Assembly (NCBI GenBank): GCA_039801225.1
Contig: JBDRUH010000004.1
Span: 1-53,881, forward strand
Source of the DNA: a candidate division WOR-3 bacterium
GTDB taxonomy: Bacteria > Hydrothermota > Tepidihabitantia > Tepidihabitantales > Tepidihabitantaceae
Length of the DNA: 53,881 nucleotides
Direction: 5' to 3'
Shown here: one piece after another, positions 45,080-53,730 of the stretch
How the letters are laid out: every line of letters starts with the position of its first letter
Position numbering within the stretch: the stretch's first letter is position 1
Program-made: the position numbers and the translations under genes
Notes under the pieces: generated by a model
Seen by the model: only the letters and a program-made list of their open reading frames with translations
Databases searched by the model: none
Told to the model about the DNA's origin: nothing

Positions 45080-47797
45080 ATGAAAAGAATTTTTATTATT
45101 GCTGGTGTTGTGCTGGCGCTTGGTTTATCGGTTGTCTTTGCCATTCCTGACAATCATTACCGGATGGCTGAGGTTCACAGGTTCACCCCGGTTGCTGGTG
45201 AAGAGTTAAATTATATCACCTTCAGCAACGGCTATTTTATTGACACCCGTTACGGTGAACCTTCCTTACCATCCGTTTTGCAACTTGAACCTGACAGGGT
45301 GGAAAGTTGCCACTATATCATTCAATTCACCGGTCCGATTCAGCGAATCTGGTTTAATGAACTGGCGCGTATCGGTATCAAAACCTTCGGTTACCTCCCC
45401 AACTATGCGACCATTGCCCGGCTCACGCCAACGCAAAAAGAACAACTCCAAAGTTTGCCTTTCATCCACTGGGTTGGCGTATTCCAGCCGGCTTATAAAA
45501 TTCAAAAGGAACTGTTTGATAGCGGTGGACCCCGTGACATTGCGGTATTGGTAACGCCCGATGAGAACCCAGCCATTCTTGAGGAACTAATTAGCAGTAA
45601 TAACGGCAAAGTTTTCCAGGTGACCACCAGCCCGTTCGGCACGGTCATTCACGCCACCGTACCCGGTGAGTTGATTTTTAAAATCGCCCGCCAGCCTGAG
45701 GCATTCTGGATTCAGGAGTGGACCGAGCCCGCCCTGGCGAACAATAACTGCCAGTGGGTAACCCAGTCTGGCTGGCGCTCCGTTGCACCACCTGATACCT
45801 CTCTGCAAGCCCGACCTATCTGGCAGAAAGGGGTTCGCGGTCAGAGGGTAATAATGTCCACCACCGACACCGGTCTTAATCTCGGTCACGATATGTTTCG
45901 TGACCCGGCTTTATCAGTAACTCCGCCTGGCATCTGGCCCGAACACCGCAAGGTAGTCGCTTATAAAAACTATGCCGGCGCTGACGCCTATGAGGCATTC
46001 TATCACGGCTCCCATGTAAACGGCACGGTTGCCGGAGACGACTCAGTTACTAATGGCACCAGTTTCTATGACGGGATGGCAATAAAATCCCGGCTCTATT
46101 TCGTTGACATAACCAATGGTAACACTTTCCTCCTTCCTACTGACCTTTGGTCCCTCTGGGACACAGTATATTTTGGTCGTGGTTTGCCCGACTCACTTCG
46201 CCCGATAAAGCAGCACTCCGGCTCCTGGGGCTGGTATAACTTTAATGGTACCTATCTAATTCAGGACGCATCAACCGATGCCTTCTCTTGGAAATACAAG
46301 GACTTCCTTAACATCATCGCTGCGGGCAACGAATACTCTGCCCGAACCATCCGCAACCCAGGCATCGCCAAAAATGTCCTTACTGTCGGTGCCACCCAGA
46401 ACGGCACTTCCGCCAATACCATTGCCGACTTCTCCAGTCGGGGACCGACTCAGGATGGCAGATTGAAACCCACGGTTATGGCACCGGGACAGGCGCTTTA
46501 TTCTGCCACCGCTTCGGGCACTAACACCTATGAATCTATGGATGGCACCTCTATGGCAACACCGGCGGTCAATGGCACAGTTGGGCTTCTCCGCTGTTAC
46601 CTTCAGGAAGGCTATTATCCCACCGGCGCACCGGTGGTTAAAAATCGGCTCACCTACATCTCCTCTGCCCTGCTCCGCTCAATGGCGGTCAACTCTTGCG
46701 ACCCCAATATCGGCTCCTATACCCCACCCAACAACAACATCGGCTGGGGCAGGATTGATGCCGATTCGGTGCTCTACTTCTCCGGTGATACCCGTCGGCT
46801 TATCCTAAAAGATGACACTTTTGGCGTTGCCACCGGCGAATACAAACAGGAGCAGTTTCAGGTTAACTCCTCAATCCCCTTACGCGTGACGCTTGCCTGG
46901 ACCGACACGGCAGCCGCACCTAACGCCAGCCCGACTTTAGTAAATAACCTTGACTTGGAACTCATATCGCCCTCAGGCGTCTCCTATCATGGCAACAAAT
47001 ACTCTGGTGGACAATCCGTCCCCAATCCCAACGGCTGGGATTCGCTCAATACTGAAGAGTGCTGTAGAATAAACTCACCCGAAACCGGACTGTGGACAAT
47101 AAAGGTCTGGGGGCGGAATGTGGTAACCAGTAAACCCCAGCCATTTGCCTGGACAATCACCGGTAGTGTTGGGCACCGTGATGTTGGACCAATCGGGATT
47201 TTAGCCCCGGCTGGTATCGTTGACTCCGGCTCGGTTGTTACCCCGAAGACCCTGATTAAAAACTTTAGCGATAAAACCGAAACTTTGAAGGTGGTGTTGA
47301 AAATTGGAACGGCTTATGTGGACACCCAGCCAATTGTTCTATCTGGGGGAGTTGCCGAGACGCTGGCCTTTTCTTCCTGGAGCGCTAATGTTGTCGGCAC
47401 CTATGTCAGCCGGTGCACCACCCTCCTTAATGGCGACAATAATCCAGCAAATGATATCCTGATAGACACTTTTGAGGTTGGCTACGGAAGCGGCGTAACT
47501 GAGGAAATAACCATCCCTAAAACCACTTTCCTCGCCCCAGCAATGCCCAACCCTTTCCGCAGAATAGCGATAGTTAAGTTCGGCTTACCCGAACCCTCGT
47601 TTGTCCAAATCCAGATATTCTCGGTTACCGGTGAACTGCTCAAGACGCTCTTTGCGGGCGAAAAGTCCGCTGGTTTTCACTCAATTAGTTGGAACGGCAC
47701 TGACCAAAACAACCGACCGGTTGGTTATGGGGTTTTTTACTGCCAGATGAAAAGCAAAGGCAAGACGCTCGTGAGAAAGATGGTTAAAACAAAATAA
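45080..47797 (+). CDS. Secreted S8 (subtilisin, KP-43-like) serine peptidase with Ig-like domain and FlgD/T9SS-like CTD
   Basis: Signal peptide; triad TDTG / YHGSHVNGT / GTSMATP; AAGNE, FSSRGPT.DGR.KP, LAWTD...LVNNLDL; CTD PNPF...WNGTD..NRPVG.GVFY...RKMVK. Confidence 0.92.
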   Translation: MKRIFIIAGVVLALGLSVVFAIPDNHYRMAEVHRFTPVAGEELNYITFSNGYFIDTRYGEPSLPSVLQLEPDRVESCHYIIQFTGPIQRIWFNELARIGIKTFGYLPNYATIARLTPTQKEQLQSLPFIHWVGVFQPAYKIQKELFDSGGPRDIAVLVTPDENPAILEELISSNNGKVFQVTTSPFGTVIHATVPGELIFKIARQPEAFWIQEWTEPALANNNCQWVTQSGWRSVAPPDTSLQARPIWQKGVRGQRVIMSTTDTGLNLGHDMFRDPALSVTPPGIWPEHRKVVAYKNYAGADAYEAFYHGSHVNGTVAGDDSVTNGTSFYDGMAIKSRLYFVDITNGNTFLLPTDLWSLWDTVYFGRGLPDSLRPIKQHSGSWGWYNFNGTYLIQDASTDAFSWKYKDFLNIIAAGNEYSARTIRNPGIAKNVLTVGATQNGTSANTIADFSSRGPTQDGRLKPTVMAPGQALYSATASGTNTYESMDGTSMATPAVNGTVGLLRCYLQEGYYPTGAPVVKNRLTYISSALLRSMAVNSCDPNIGSYTPPNNNIGWGRIDADSVLYFSGDTRRLILKDDTFGVATGEYKQEQFQVNSSIPLRVTLAWTDTAAAPNASPTLVNNLDLELISPSGVSYHGNKYSGGQSVPNPNGWDSLNTEECCRINSPETGLWTIKVWGRNVVTSKPQPFAWTITGSVGHRDVGPIGILAPAGIVDSGSVVTPKTLIKNFSDKTETLKVVLKIGTAYVDTQPIVLSGGVAETLAFSSWSANVVGTYVSRCTTLLNGDNNPANDILIDTFEVGYGSGVTEEITIPKTTFLAPAMPNPFRRIAIVKFGLPEPSFVQIQIFSVTGELLKTLFAGEKSAGFHSISWNGTDQNNRPVGYGVFYCQMKSKGKTLVRKMVKTK

Positions 47798-47814
47798 AAT
47801 AGATGCTCTCACTC

Positions 47815-47846
47815 AGGGCGGTGGTCTAAAACCCACCGCCCTTTTT
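47815..47846 (+). terminator. Rho-independent terminator after the S8 peptidase
   Basis: AGGGCGGTGG-N8-CCACCGCCCT followed by TTTT. Confidence 0.85.
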
Positions 47847-47920
47847 ATAAAATCACCTTTAAAACCAATCCTGAACCGCCCTTCTTAATTAAGATTTGAT
47901 TTTCCAGCATGATAGAAAAA

Positions 47921-47998
47921 TGTCGCACCAATTGAATTTGTCGCACCGGAAAAACTTGACTAATGGACATTTTTATGTAAAATACAGTTTATGTCGCA
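47921..47998 (+). promoter_or_regulatory. Promoter of the kinase-bEBP gene: TTGACT-N16-TAAAAT (47956-47983) with three TGTCGCA boxes (47921, 47939, 47992)
   Basis: Read directly; the same heptamer forms the palindromic enhancer at 53356-53374. Confidence 0.7.
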
Positions 47999-50900
47999 TA
48001 TCGCTCAAGGGCTATTTCAACCATCTCAATTATTGTGTGAGCGATATCGGGTCGTTGAACTGTTGGGCGGAGGTGAAAAAACTGAGGTCTATAAGGTTCA
48101 CGACACTCTCAGAAATAAACTTCTCGCGCTTAAGGTTTTACGAGAGGTAAAAGGGAAAAACGATGAGTTAACCCTCAGGAGAGAGTTTTACTATCTTTCT
48201 AAACTTTATCATCCAAGAGTTGTTACCGTTTATGATTTCGGAATAACACCGGAACGCAAACCTTACTTTACAATGGAATATGTCCCCGGTATGCCAATAA
48301 CCAGATATTTTTCCGGGAAATTTAACCCGGACTTGATTGAAGTAATCACCCAACTCCTTAGAGCGCTTGATTATATCCACTCTCAAGGACTTTTGCACTG
48401 TGACCTTAAACCTCAACATATTCTCGTCTTTGAAGATAATGGCAAACCGCAGACAAAACTTTTAGATTTTGGTTTTGCCGAGCGTCGGGAGTTTTCTAAA
48501 AATGTCAGCGCCCGAGGAACCCTTGGCTATATCGCGCCCGAGGTTTTTAAAGGGGTTGACACCGATGTCCGTGCCGACCTTTATTCACTGGGGGTTGTTC
48601 TCTACGAAACTTTAACCGGCATCACTCCGGGCGAAGGTAAAGATATTTATGATTGGCTAAGAAGGCAGTATACTTCCGGTTTTTTGCCGCCCCGAAAATT
48701 CAATCCCGAAATCCCTGAAGAACTGGAAAGCCTAATTATGCAACTTCTTAGCATTGAACCGGAACGCCGACCGGCTTCGGCACGAGCGGCTTTCCAACTC
48801 CTCACCAAGAGTCTGCCAGAGGAAATTACTCCAGTTGATTTACGAGGGGATTTAATGTCCGCCGGATTTGTTGGTCGCCAGGGATGTCTCAACCGGTTGA
48901 AGGAATGGCTACGGCATTCAAAAGAAGGCAGACCAGGGGTGGTATGCATTTCCGGGGAAAGAGGCGCTGGTAAAAGTCGTCTCCTAACCGAGTTCAAGTT
49001 TTTTGCCCAGTTGGAAGGTGCGACTGTTCTGGCATTTGAGCCAGTTTCCCTAGGTGCCCGTTCCCAGTCACTGATTGAGGCGATGCTCAACCTCTTACGG
49101 CTCTATGGCGTAAGTATTGAACTAAATTTAGACACCGCAGTGGAAACCAAATTCCGCTTGTTTGAGACGGTGACTCAGCGACTCAAGAGCCTTGCCGACT
49201 CCCATAGAATACCGCATAGCCTGGTAATTATTGTGGACGACTTTGAAATGTTTGACCCGACCAGCCTGGAGTTTCTTCGTTATCTCGCCTTCGGACTGGA
49301 CAAGGAACGCCTCCTGCTGGTCGTTACCGGTTTGAATGAAAAGCGTTTTTTAGACCTGATTGACGCTCTAGTAGAAAAACGCTATTGTGAACACATTCCG
49401 ATTCCACCATTGGAGCAGGAGGAGGTAAAGAACTTATTGAGTTCCCTTTTAGGAGAGGTGATAGAAATTGACACACTCACAAGTTGGCTTTTTCACCTCA
49501 CCGGTGGTAACCCTCTCTGGACGATTGAGACAGTTTATGCCCTTATTGAAAATAAAATCCTTGTCCGGGATGGCTTAAGGTGGCGGTTAGTGTCCGAGAA
49601 ACTTCAGAAATTTCAAGCCCCTCAGGCGGTAACCGAAGTTGTCCGGCGCCGAATTGAGCGATTGACGCCAGATGAAATGGAAGTGCTAAATATCGGCGCA
49701 GTAGCGAGTGGACCTTTTACCGTAGAGTTTCTCCGCGCCGTTGGTAACTTTGACGAACAGGCTCTTTTCACTATTATCAGCCGGCTTAAGGGGTTAGGGT
49801 TTTTGCGGACATTCCGAAGTTTGGTTGATGAGAAAGATGTCTCATTAGACACATATATCCTCTCCAGCAAAATCCTGGAAACCGCAATAACCGAAAGACT
49901 CTCCATTCCCCAGCGCCGAGAACTTCATCGCCGGGTTGCTCTGACACTGGAACTCCTTTATCCGGAGAAAATTCCGGAGATGATTTTTGACCTTGCCCAC
50001 CACTGGGCTCAAACCGAAATTAAGGACCGGGCTTACCGATATTCTCTCCAGGCAGGGGCAAAGGCACAGGAGTGGCTACTTTTTGAACAGGCGCTATCTT
50101 TTTATGAACAGGGGCTTGCTCTCTCAAACGAACTAATTTCGCCCCAGGAAAAACTTCAACTGATGGAAACGGTCGGCAAACTCCGGGAAGCCACCGGCAG
50201 ATTCGCCGAGGCGATTGACCTTTACCGCCAGGGTATGGGGATTCTTGTCGCCCATCCCGAACTGTCCTTTAATAAAAAGATTTTAGCCCGATTTCTCCAA
50301 CTCATCGGTCTGGTGCATCAGAAACAAGGACAAACTACTGAGGCGCTCAATTTCCTAAAACAGGCGCTCCTATTGGAGCCAGACCGAACCGGGCTGGACT
50401 ACGCCCGGCTTCTTGCCGACCTGGGCTGGTCCTATTGTGCTATTGGAAACTTTAATCAGGCAGAAGAAGTTTTGAGCCAGGCGCTAAACTTAGCAGAGAA
50501 TTTAAAGTCAATCAAACCGCTGGAGGCAAACCGGCTTATTGCCCAGACGCTTTATTCTTTCAGCGTTCTTGCCTACTCCCGCTCTGACCTTATCTCAGCC
50601 CGACGACTTGCCGAGCGCAGCCTGGAGGTTTACGAATTGGCGCAAGATGAAATTATGAGCGCCCGGGTGAGGCAGTTTACTGCAACGCTTTACCTCCGTA
50701 TCTCAGAACCACAAAAGGCAAAAGAGTGTTACCTCCAGGCGCTGACAATCCAGCAAAGGTCTGGTGATGTATATTCCCAACTCCGTTCCCTTCACGGATT
50801 GGGTCTAATCAATTTAGAGGAAGGAAACTGGGATGACGCCTACGAACGGTTCTCTGAAGCGCTGCGACTGGCAGAAAAAATTAATGATGTAGCATCCGAG

Positions 50901-53249
50901 GTAAATCTTTGTGGTATGTTAGGAACGGTGTGCACAGAAAAAGGTGAGTGGAGTCTGGCTCAAGATTATTTTCAACGGGCACTGGAAACCGCCAGTCGTG
51001 CCGGTGAGCGAGTAGACCCTTCTGCCTTAGTTAGGTCGCTTATAAGCTTTGCTCAACTAAAGGCAAGAAAAGGAAATTTAGGGGAGGCGGAAGAGAAGAT
51101 CAAATCGGCGGTTGATTTAGCAGATGAAACTCCGGATCCGAATTTGCGCTACTATTTGCTTCTTCTTCAAGCAGAGGTCGCCCTCCGGAGAGAGCGGTTT
51201 GAACAGACAAGGGCTTTTCTGGTCCAAGCGTTCAATCTGGTGCATTCTCAGATAGGATTTGGGAAGGAAAAGGACTGGCGTCTACTAACAACACTCTATC
51301 TTCTCGCCAGCCAGTTCCGGCTAACAACTAAAGATTTTTACCGGGCAGAATTTGCTGCTAATTACGCCCTGAGATTTCTTAATAAATATCCTACTTATCG
51401 GGATTATCCAGTCGCTTTGCGGTTAACTGGGCTGGCAAAATGTTATCTCGGAAGAGCCAAAGAGGGAAAAGAGGCGATAAACCGAAGCATCCAAATTCTT
51501 CGTCACCTCGGGGCAAAATATGAACTGGGACTTTCCCTTTTGGCATCAGCCGAAGCGGTACTAAGAGTTATACCCAAGGAACAAGAAAAAGGGAATGGAG
51601 AAATTAATCCTGAGGCGCTCCAGGAGATAGAGGAAAATTTGAAGGAGGCGTTGAGCATCTTTCAGACACTCGGGGCAAAATTTGAGATCGCTCGTACTGA
51701 GGAACTCTTAAACGACTTAAAAAGAACTTACGGAGTAGCACAACTCAAGGCAAGGGAGCGAACTAAGTATCTGAAGGTGTTTTATCAACTCAGTGAACTG
51801 ATTCACCTTGGTATTGAAAAAGAGGACTTCCTTGACCAGGTCCTTGACCTGCTCATTAGCGTTACTAAAGCAGAACGGGGACTTTTATTTCTCCTTCACA
51901 ACAACCGGCTTCATCCTGTCGCAATCAGAAGTATTGAGCGGGCAACCCTGATGGATGCGGAGATGATTTCTCATTCGGTCCTGGAGAAGGTAAAACAGCG
52001 TGGCGAGCCGGTTATCAGTGTGGATGCGATAACCGATGGTCGGTTCAACATTTTTAATAGCGTCCTTTTAAACAAAATCCGCTCTTTACTCTGTGTCCCG
52101 CTGGTGGTAGAAGAAAGGGTCTTAGGCACAATCTATCTTGATAGCAGGCTTACATCTCATCTCTGGACCGAAGATGACCGCAATCTGCTCACCGCAGTTG
52201 CCAACCTCCTCGCCGCAACCATTGAACGCTCTCCCGCCTTCCAAATGCTCCAAGAGGAAACGGGTTTAAGTGAGGAAGTTATTATTGATGTTGAGGATGA
52301 AGAAATTTTCCTCAGCCGGTCAAAGGCAATGCGGGCGGTTCATCAAGTCATTGACCGAATCGCACCTACCGATTGCACCGTTCTACTTACCGGTGAAACC
52401 GGCACTGGAAAGGGGGTTTTAGCCCGACTGATTCATCAACGAAGTTCCAGGAAGGAAAAGAAGTTTGTCCCGGTCAACTGTGGCACCCTGCCCGAGACAC
52501 TTTTTGAGTCAGAACTGTTTGGACATATCCGGGGCAGTTTTACCGGTGCAATCAAGGATAAGATGGGGATTTTTGAAAGCGCCAATGGCGGCACCGTCTT
52601 TTTAGACGAAATTACCAACACCACCCCGGCAATTCAGGCAAAACTTTTACAAGTCCTTGAGGAAAAAACAATCAGGCGATTGGGCGAGACCGAAACAAGA
52701 AGAGTTGATGTCCGTTTGCTCTGTGCCACGAATAAAAACCTTATTGAGGAGGTGAAAGCCGGGAGGTTCCGGGAAGACCTCTTTTATCGGATTAATGTTG
52801 TTAACATCTATGTGCCTCCATTGCGGGAAAGGGCTGATGACATCCCTGCGCTCGCCAACTACTTCCTCCGCCGACATGCCAACCGCTTCCAAAAGCCCGT
52901 GCTCGGCTTTGATGAAGGTGTAATTGCCGCTTTTACCCAATACCATTGGCCTGGTAATGTCCGGGAACTACAGAATGCGATAGAAAGGGCGGTGATTATA
53001 ACTGATAAGAAAAAACTATCGCTTGAGGATTTCGGTGCTCCATTTGTGGAACTCTCTCCAAATAATGGTTTTGAGCCAGTGGAGAAAAAAAAGAGGCGGC
53101 ACTTGGACAGGGAAAAAGTGGTCCAGGCACTGAAAGAGACAAAAGGCAATATCACCCGAGCCGCAGAACTACTTTCCATCCATCGGCGGCATCTCCAAAG
53201 ATTGATAAAACGGTATCAGATAGACCGCGATGTTTTTGGTCAGGATTAA
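47991..53249 (+). CDS. Multidomain sigma54-dependent activator: Ser/Thr kinase + P-loop (AAA_16/STAND-like) ATPase + TPR + GAF + sigma54 AAA+ + Fis HTH
   Basis: Kinase ALKVL, HCDLKPQH, DFG, GTLGYIAPE, DLYSLG; ATPase GERGAGKS, IIVDD, TGGNP; TPR helices; GAF RSLLCVPL...VLGTIYLDS; bEBP GETGTGKG, ESELFGH.RGSFTGA, FLDEI, FREDLFYR, WPGNVRELQN; HTH GNITRAAELL. Confidence 0.92.
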   Translation: MSHIAQGLFQPSQLLCERYRVVELLGGGEKTEVYKVHDTLRNKLLALKVLREVKGKNDELTLRREFYYLSKLYHPRVVTVYDFGITPERKPYFTMEYVPGMPITRYFSGKFNPDLIEVITQLLRALDYIHSQGLLHCDLKPQHILVFEDNGKPQTKLLDFGFAERREFSKNVSARGTLGYIAPEVFKGVDTDVRADLYSLGVVLYETLTGITPGEGKDIYDWLRRQYTSGFLPPRKFNPEIPEELESLIMQLLSIEPERRPASARAAFQLLTKSLPEEITPVDLRGDLMSAGFVGRQGCLNRLKEWLRHSKEGRPGVVCISGERGAGKSRLLTEFKFFAQLEGATVLAFEPVSLGARSQSLIEAMLNLLRLYGVSIELNLDTAVETKFRLFETVTQRLKSLADSHRIPHSLVIIVDDFEMFDPTSLEFLRYLAFGLDKERLLLVVTGLNEKRFLDLIDALVEKRYCEHIPIPPLEQEEVKNLLSSLLGEVIEIDTLTSWLFHLTGGNPLWTIETVYALIENKILVRDGLRWRLVSEKLQKFQAPQAVTEVVRRRIERLTPDEMEVLNIGAVASGPFTVEFLRAVGNFDEQALFTIISRLKGLGFLRTFRSLVDEKDVSLDTYILSSKILETAITERLSIPQRRELHRRVALTLELLYPEKIPEMIFDLAHHWAQTEIKDRAYRYSLQAGAKAQEWLLFEQALSFYEQGLALSNELISPQEKLQLMETVGKLREATGRFAEAIDLYRQGMGILVAHPELSFNKKILARFLQLIGLVHQKQGQTTEALNFLKQALLLEPDRTGLDYARLLADLGWSYCAIGNFNQAEEVLSQALNLAENLKSIKPLEANRLIAQTLYSFSVLAYSRSDLISARRLAERSLEVYELAQDEIMSARVRQFTATLYLRISEPQKAKECYLQALTIQQRSGDVYSQLRSLHGLGLINLEEGNWDDAYERFSEALRLAEKINDVASEVNLCGMLGTVCTEKGEWSLAQDYFQRALETASRAGERVDPSALVRSLISFAQLKARKGNLGEAEEKIKSAVDLADETPDPNLRYYLLLLQAEVALRRERFEQTRAFLVQAFNLVHSQIGFGKEKDWRLLTTLYLLASQFRLTTKDFYRAEFAANYALRFLNKYPTYRDYPVALRLTGLAKCYLGRAKEGKEAINRSIQILRHLGAKYELGLSLLASAEAVLRVIPKEQEKGNGEINPEALQEIEENLKEALSIFQTLGAKFEIARTEELLNDLKRTYGVAQLKARERTKYLKVFYQLSELIHLGIEKEDFLDQVLDLLISVTKAERGLLFLLHNNRLHPVAIRSIERATLMDAEMISHSVLEKVKQRGEPVISVDAITDGRFNIFNSVLLNKIRSLLCVPLVVEERVLGTIYLDSRLTSHLWTEDDRNLLTAVANLLAATIERSPAFQMLQEETGLSEEVIIDVEDEEIFLSRSKAMRAVHQVIDRIAPTDCTVLLTGETGTGKGVLARLIHQRSSRKEKKFVPVNCGTLPETLFESELFGHIRGSFTGAIKDKMGIFESANGGTVFLDEITNTTPAIQAKLLQVLEEKTIRRLGETETRRVDVRLLCATNKNLIEEVKAGRFREDLFYRINVVNIYVPPLRERADDIPALANYFLRRHANRFQKPVLGFDEGVIAAFTQYHWPGNVRELQNAIERAVIITDKKKLSLEDFGAPFVELSPNNGFEPVEKKKRRHLDREKVVQALKETKGNITRAAELLSIHRRHLQRLIKRYQIDRDVFGQD

Positions 53250-53355
53250 CAGGAACTGTAGTATGCAAAATTACAATCCTGTTCACTGTTATCATCATCG
53301 CTCAATTTGCCAGACTAGACCCACCTCATTAAAATTTGCCCTCTTAAACTATCAG

Positions 53356-53444
53356 TGCGACAATTTTTGTCGCAGATTAGGTCGCACCAACATTAAGTAA
53401 TGATTTTGAAAGGAGTTACAATAATAAAGTCGAATAGTGCGACA
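53356..53444. promoter_or_regulatory. Putative bEBP upstream activator sequences: TGCGACAA-N3-TTGTCGCA (53356-53374) plus half-sites GTCGCA (53381) and TGCGACAA (53438)
   Basis: Perfect inverted repeat about 155-170 bp upstream of a sigma54 box, a typical enhancer distance. Confidence 0.7.
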
Positions 53445-53448
53445 AAAT

Positions 53449-53461
53449 TATCAATTATTTA
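53449..53461 (+). promoter_or_regulatory. IHF-binding consensus site (TATCAA-TTAT-TTA)
   Basis: Exact match to WATCAANNNNTTR, between the enhancer and the sigma54 promoter. Confidence 0.55.
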
Positions 53462-53484
53462 TATTTTGAGGAAAGGGATAATTA

Positions 53485-53514
53485 TTATAAGTAACGCAAT
53501 TGCGTTACTTATAA
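53485..53514. promoter_or_regulatory. Perfect 30-bp palindrome TTATAAGTAACGCAATTGCGTTACTTATAA (putative operator)
   Basis: Checked base by base; ends 13 bp upstream of the -24 element. Confidence 0.75.
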
Positions 53515-53527
53515 ATGTGCTCAAAAG

Positions 53528-53543
53528 TGGCACGATAATTGCA
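53528..53543 (+). promoter_or_regulatory. sigma54 (RpoN) -24/-12 promoter TGGCACG-ATAA-TTGCA
   Basis: Matches TGGCAC-N5-TTGC with correct GG/GC spacing; adjacent to a sigma54 activator gene. Confidence 0.88.
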
Positions 53544-53574
53544 GTTAATCAAAGAAAAAAGAAAGGAGAACAAA

Positions 53575-53634
53575 ATGGACGGACCGATTGTGCCAATTTA
53601 TCCGCCACCAGTTCCGCCCGCACCACCGGCGTAA
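53575..53634 (+). CDS. 19-aa proline-rich micropeptide MDGPIVPIYPPPVPPAPPA
   Basis: Strong SD (AAAGGAG, 6 nt before ATG); first ORF after the sigma54 promoter; 9 of 19 residues are Pro, using mixed codons (CCG/CCA/CCC); below the ORF-track size cutoff. Confidence 0.7.
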   Translation: MDGPIVPIYPPPVPPAPPA

Positions 53635-53648
53635 TTGGTGAAAAGAAT

Positions 53649-53690
53649 ATGATTTAATGCCCTGCCTCCATAAAGGAGGGCATTAATCAT
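53649..53690 (+). terminator. Stem-loop between the micropeptide and the pilin gene (attenuator or stabilizer)
   Basis: ATGATT(T)AATGCCCT...AGGGCATTAATCAT inverted repeat; weak U-tract. Confidence 0.6.
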
Positions 53691-53730
53691 TTAGTTGGTA
53701 GATAAACTTTAAAAAGAAAGGAGAAGTAAA

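Noticed and set aside
47845-47890. Possible third relic of the 12-bp array (taaaaccaatcctgaaccgcc)
   Set aside because: Similarity is too short and AT-rich to distinguish from chance by eye.
47896-48150. 84-aa ORF overlapping the activator start
   Set aside because: Shadow ORF across the promoter, with no RBS or recognisable motif.
1244-53179. Numerous short antisense or overlapping ORFs in the track
   Set aside because: They lie within well-supported genes on other frames and show no motifs.
53400-53657. 85-aa ORF from the track
   Set aside because: It spans the enhancer, IHF site, palindrome and sigma54 box and has no RBS. The SD-supported ORF is the 19-aa peptide in another frame.
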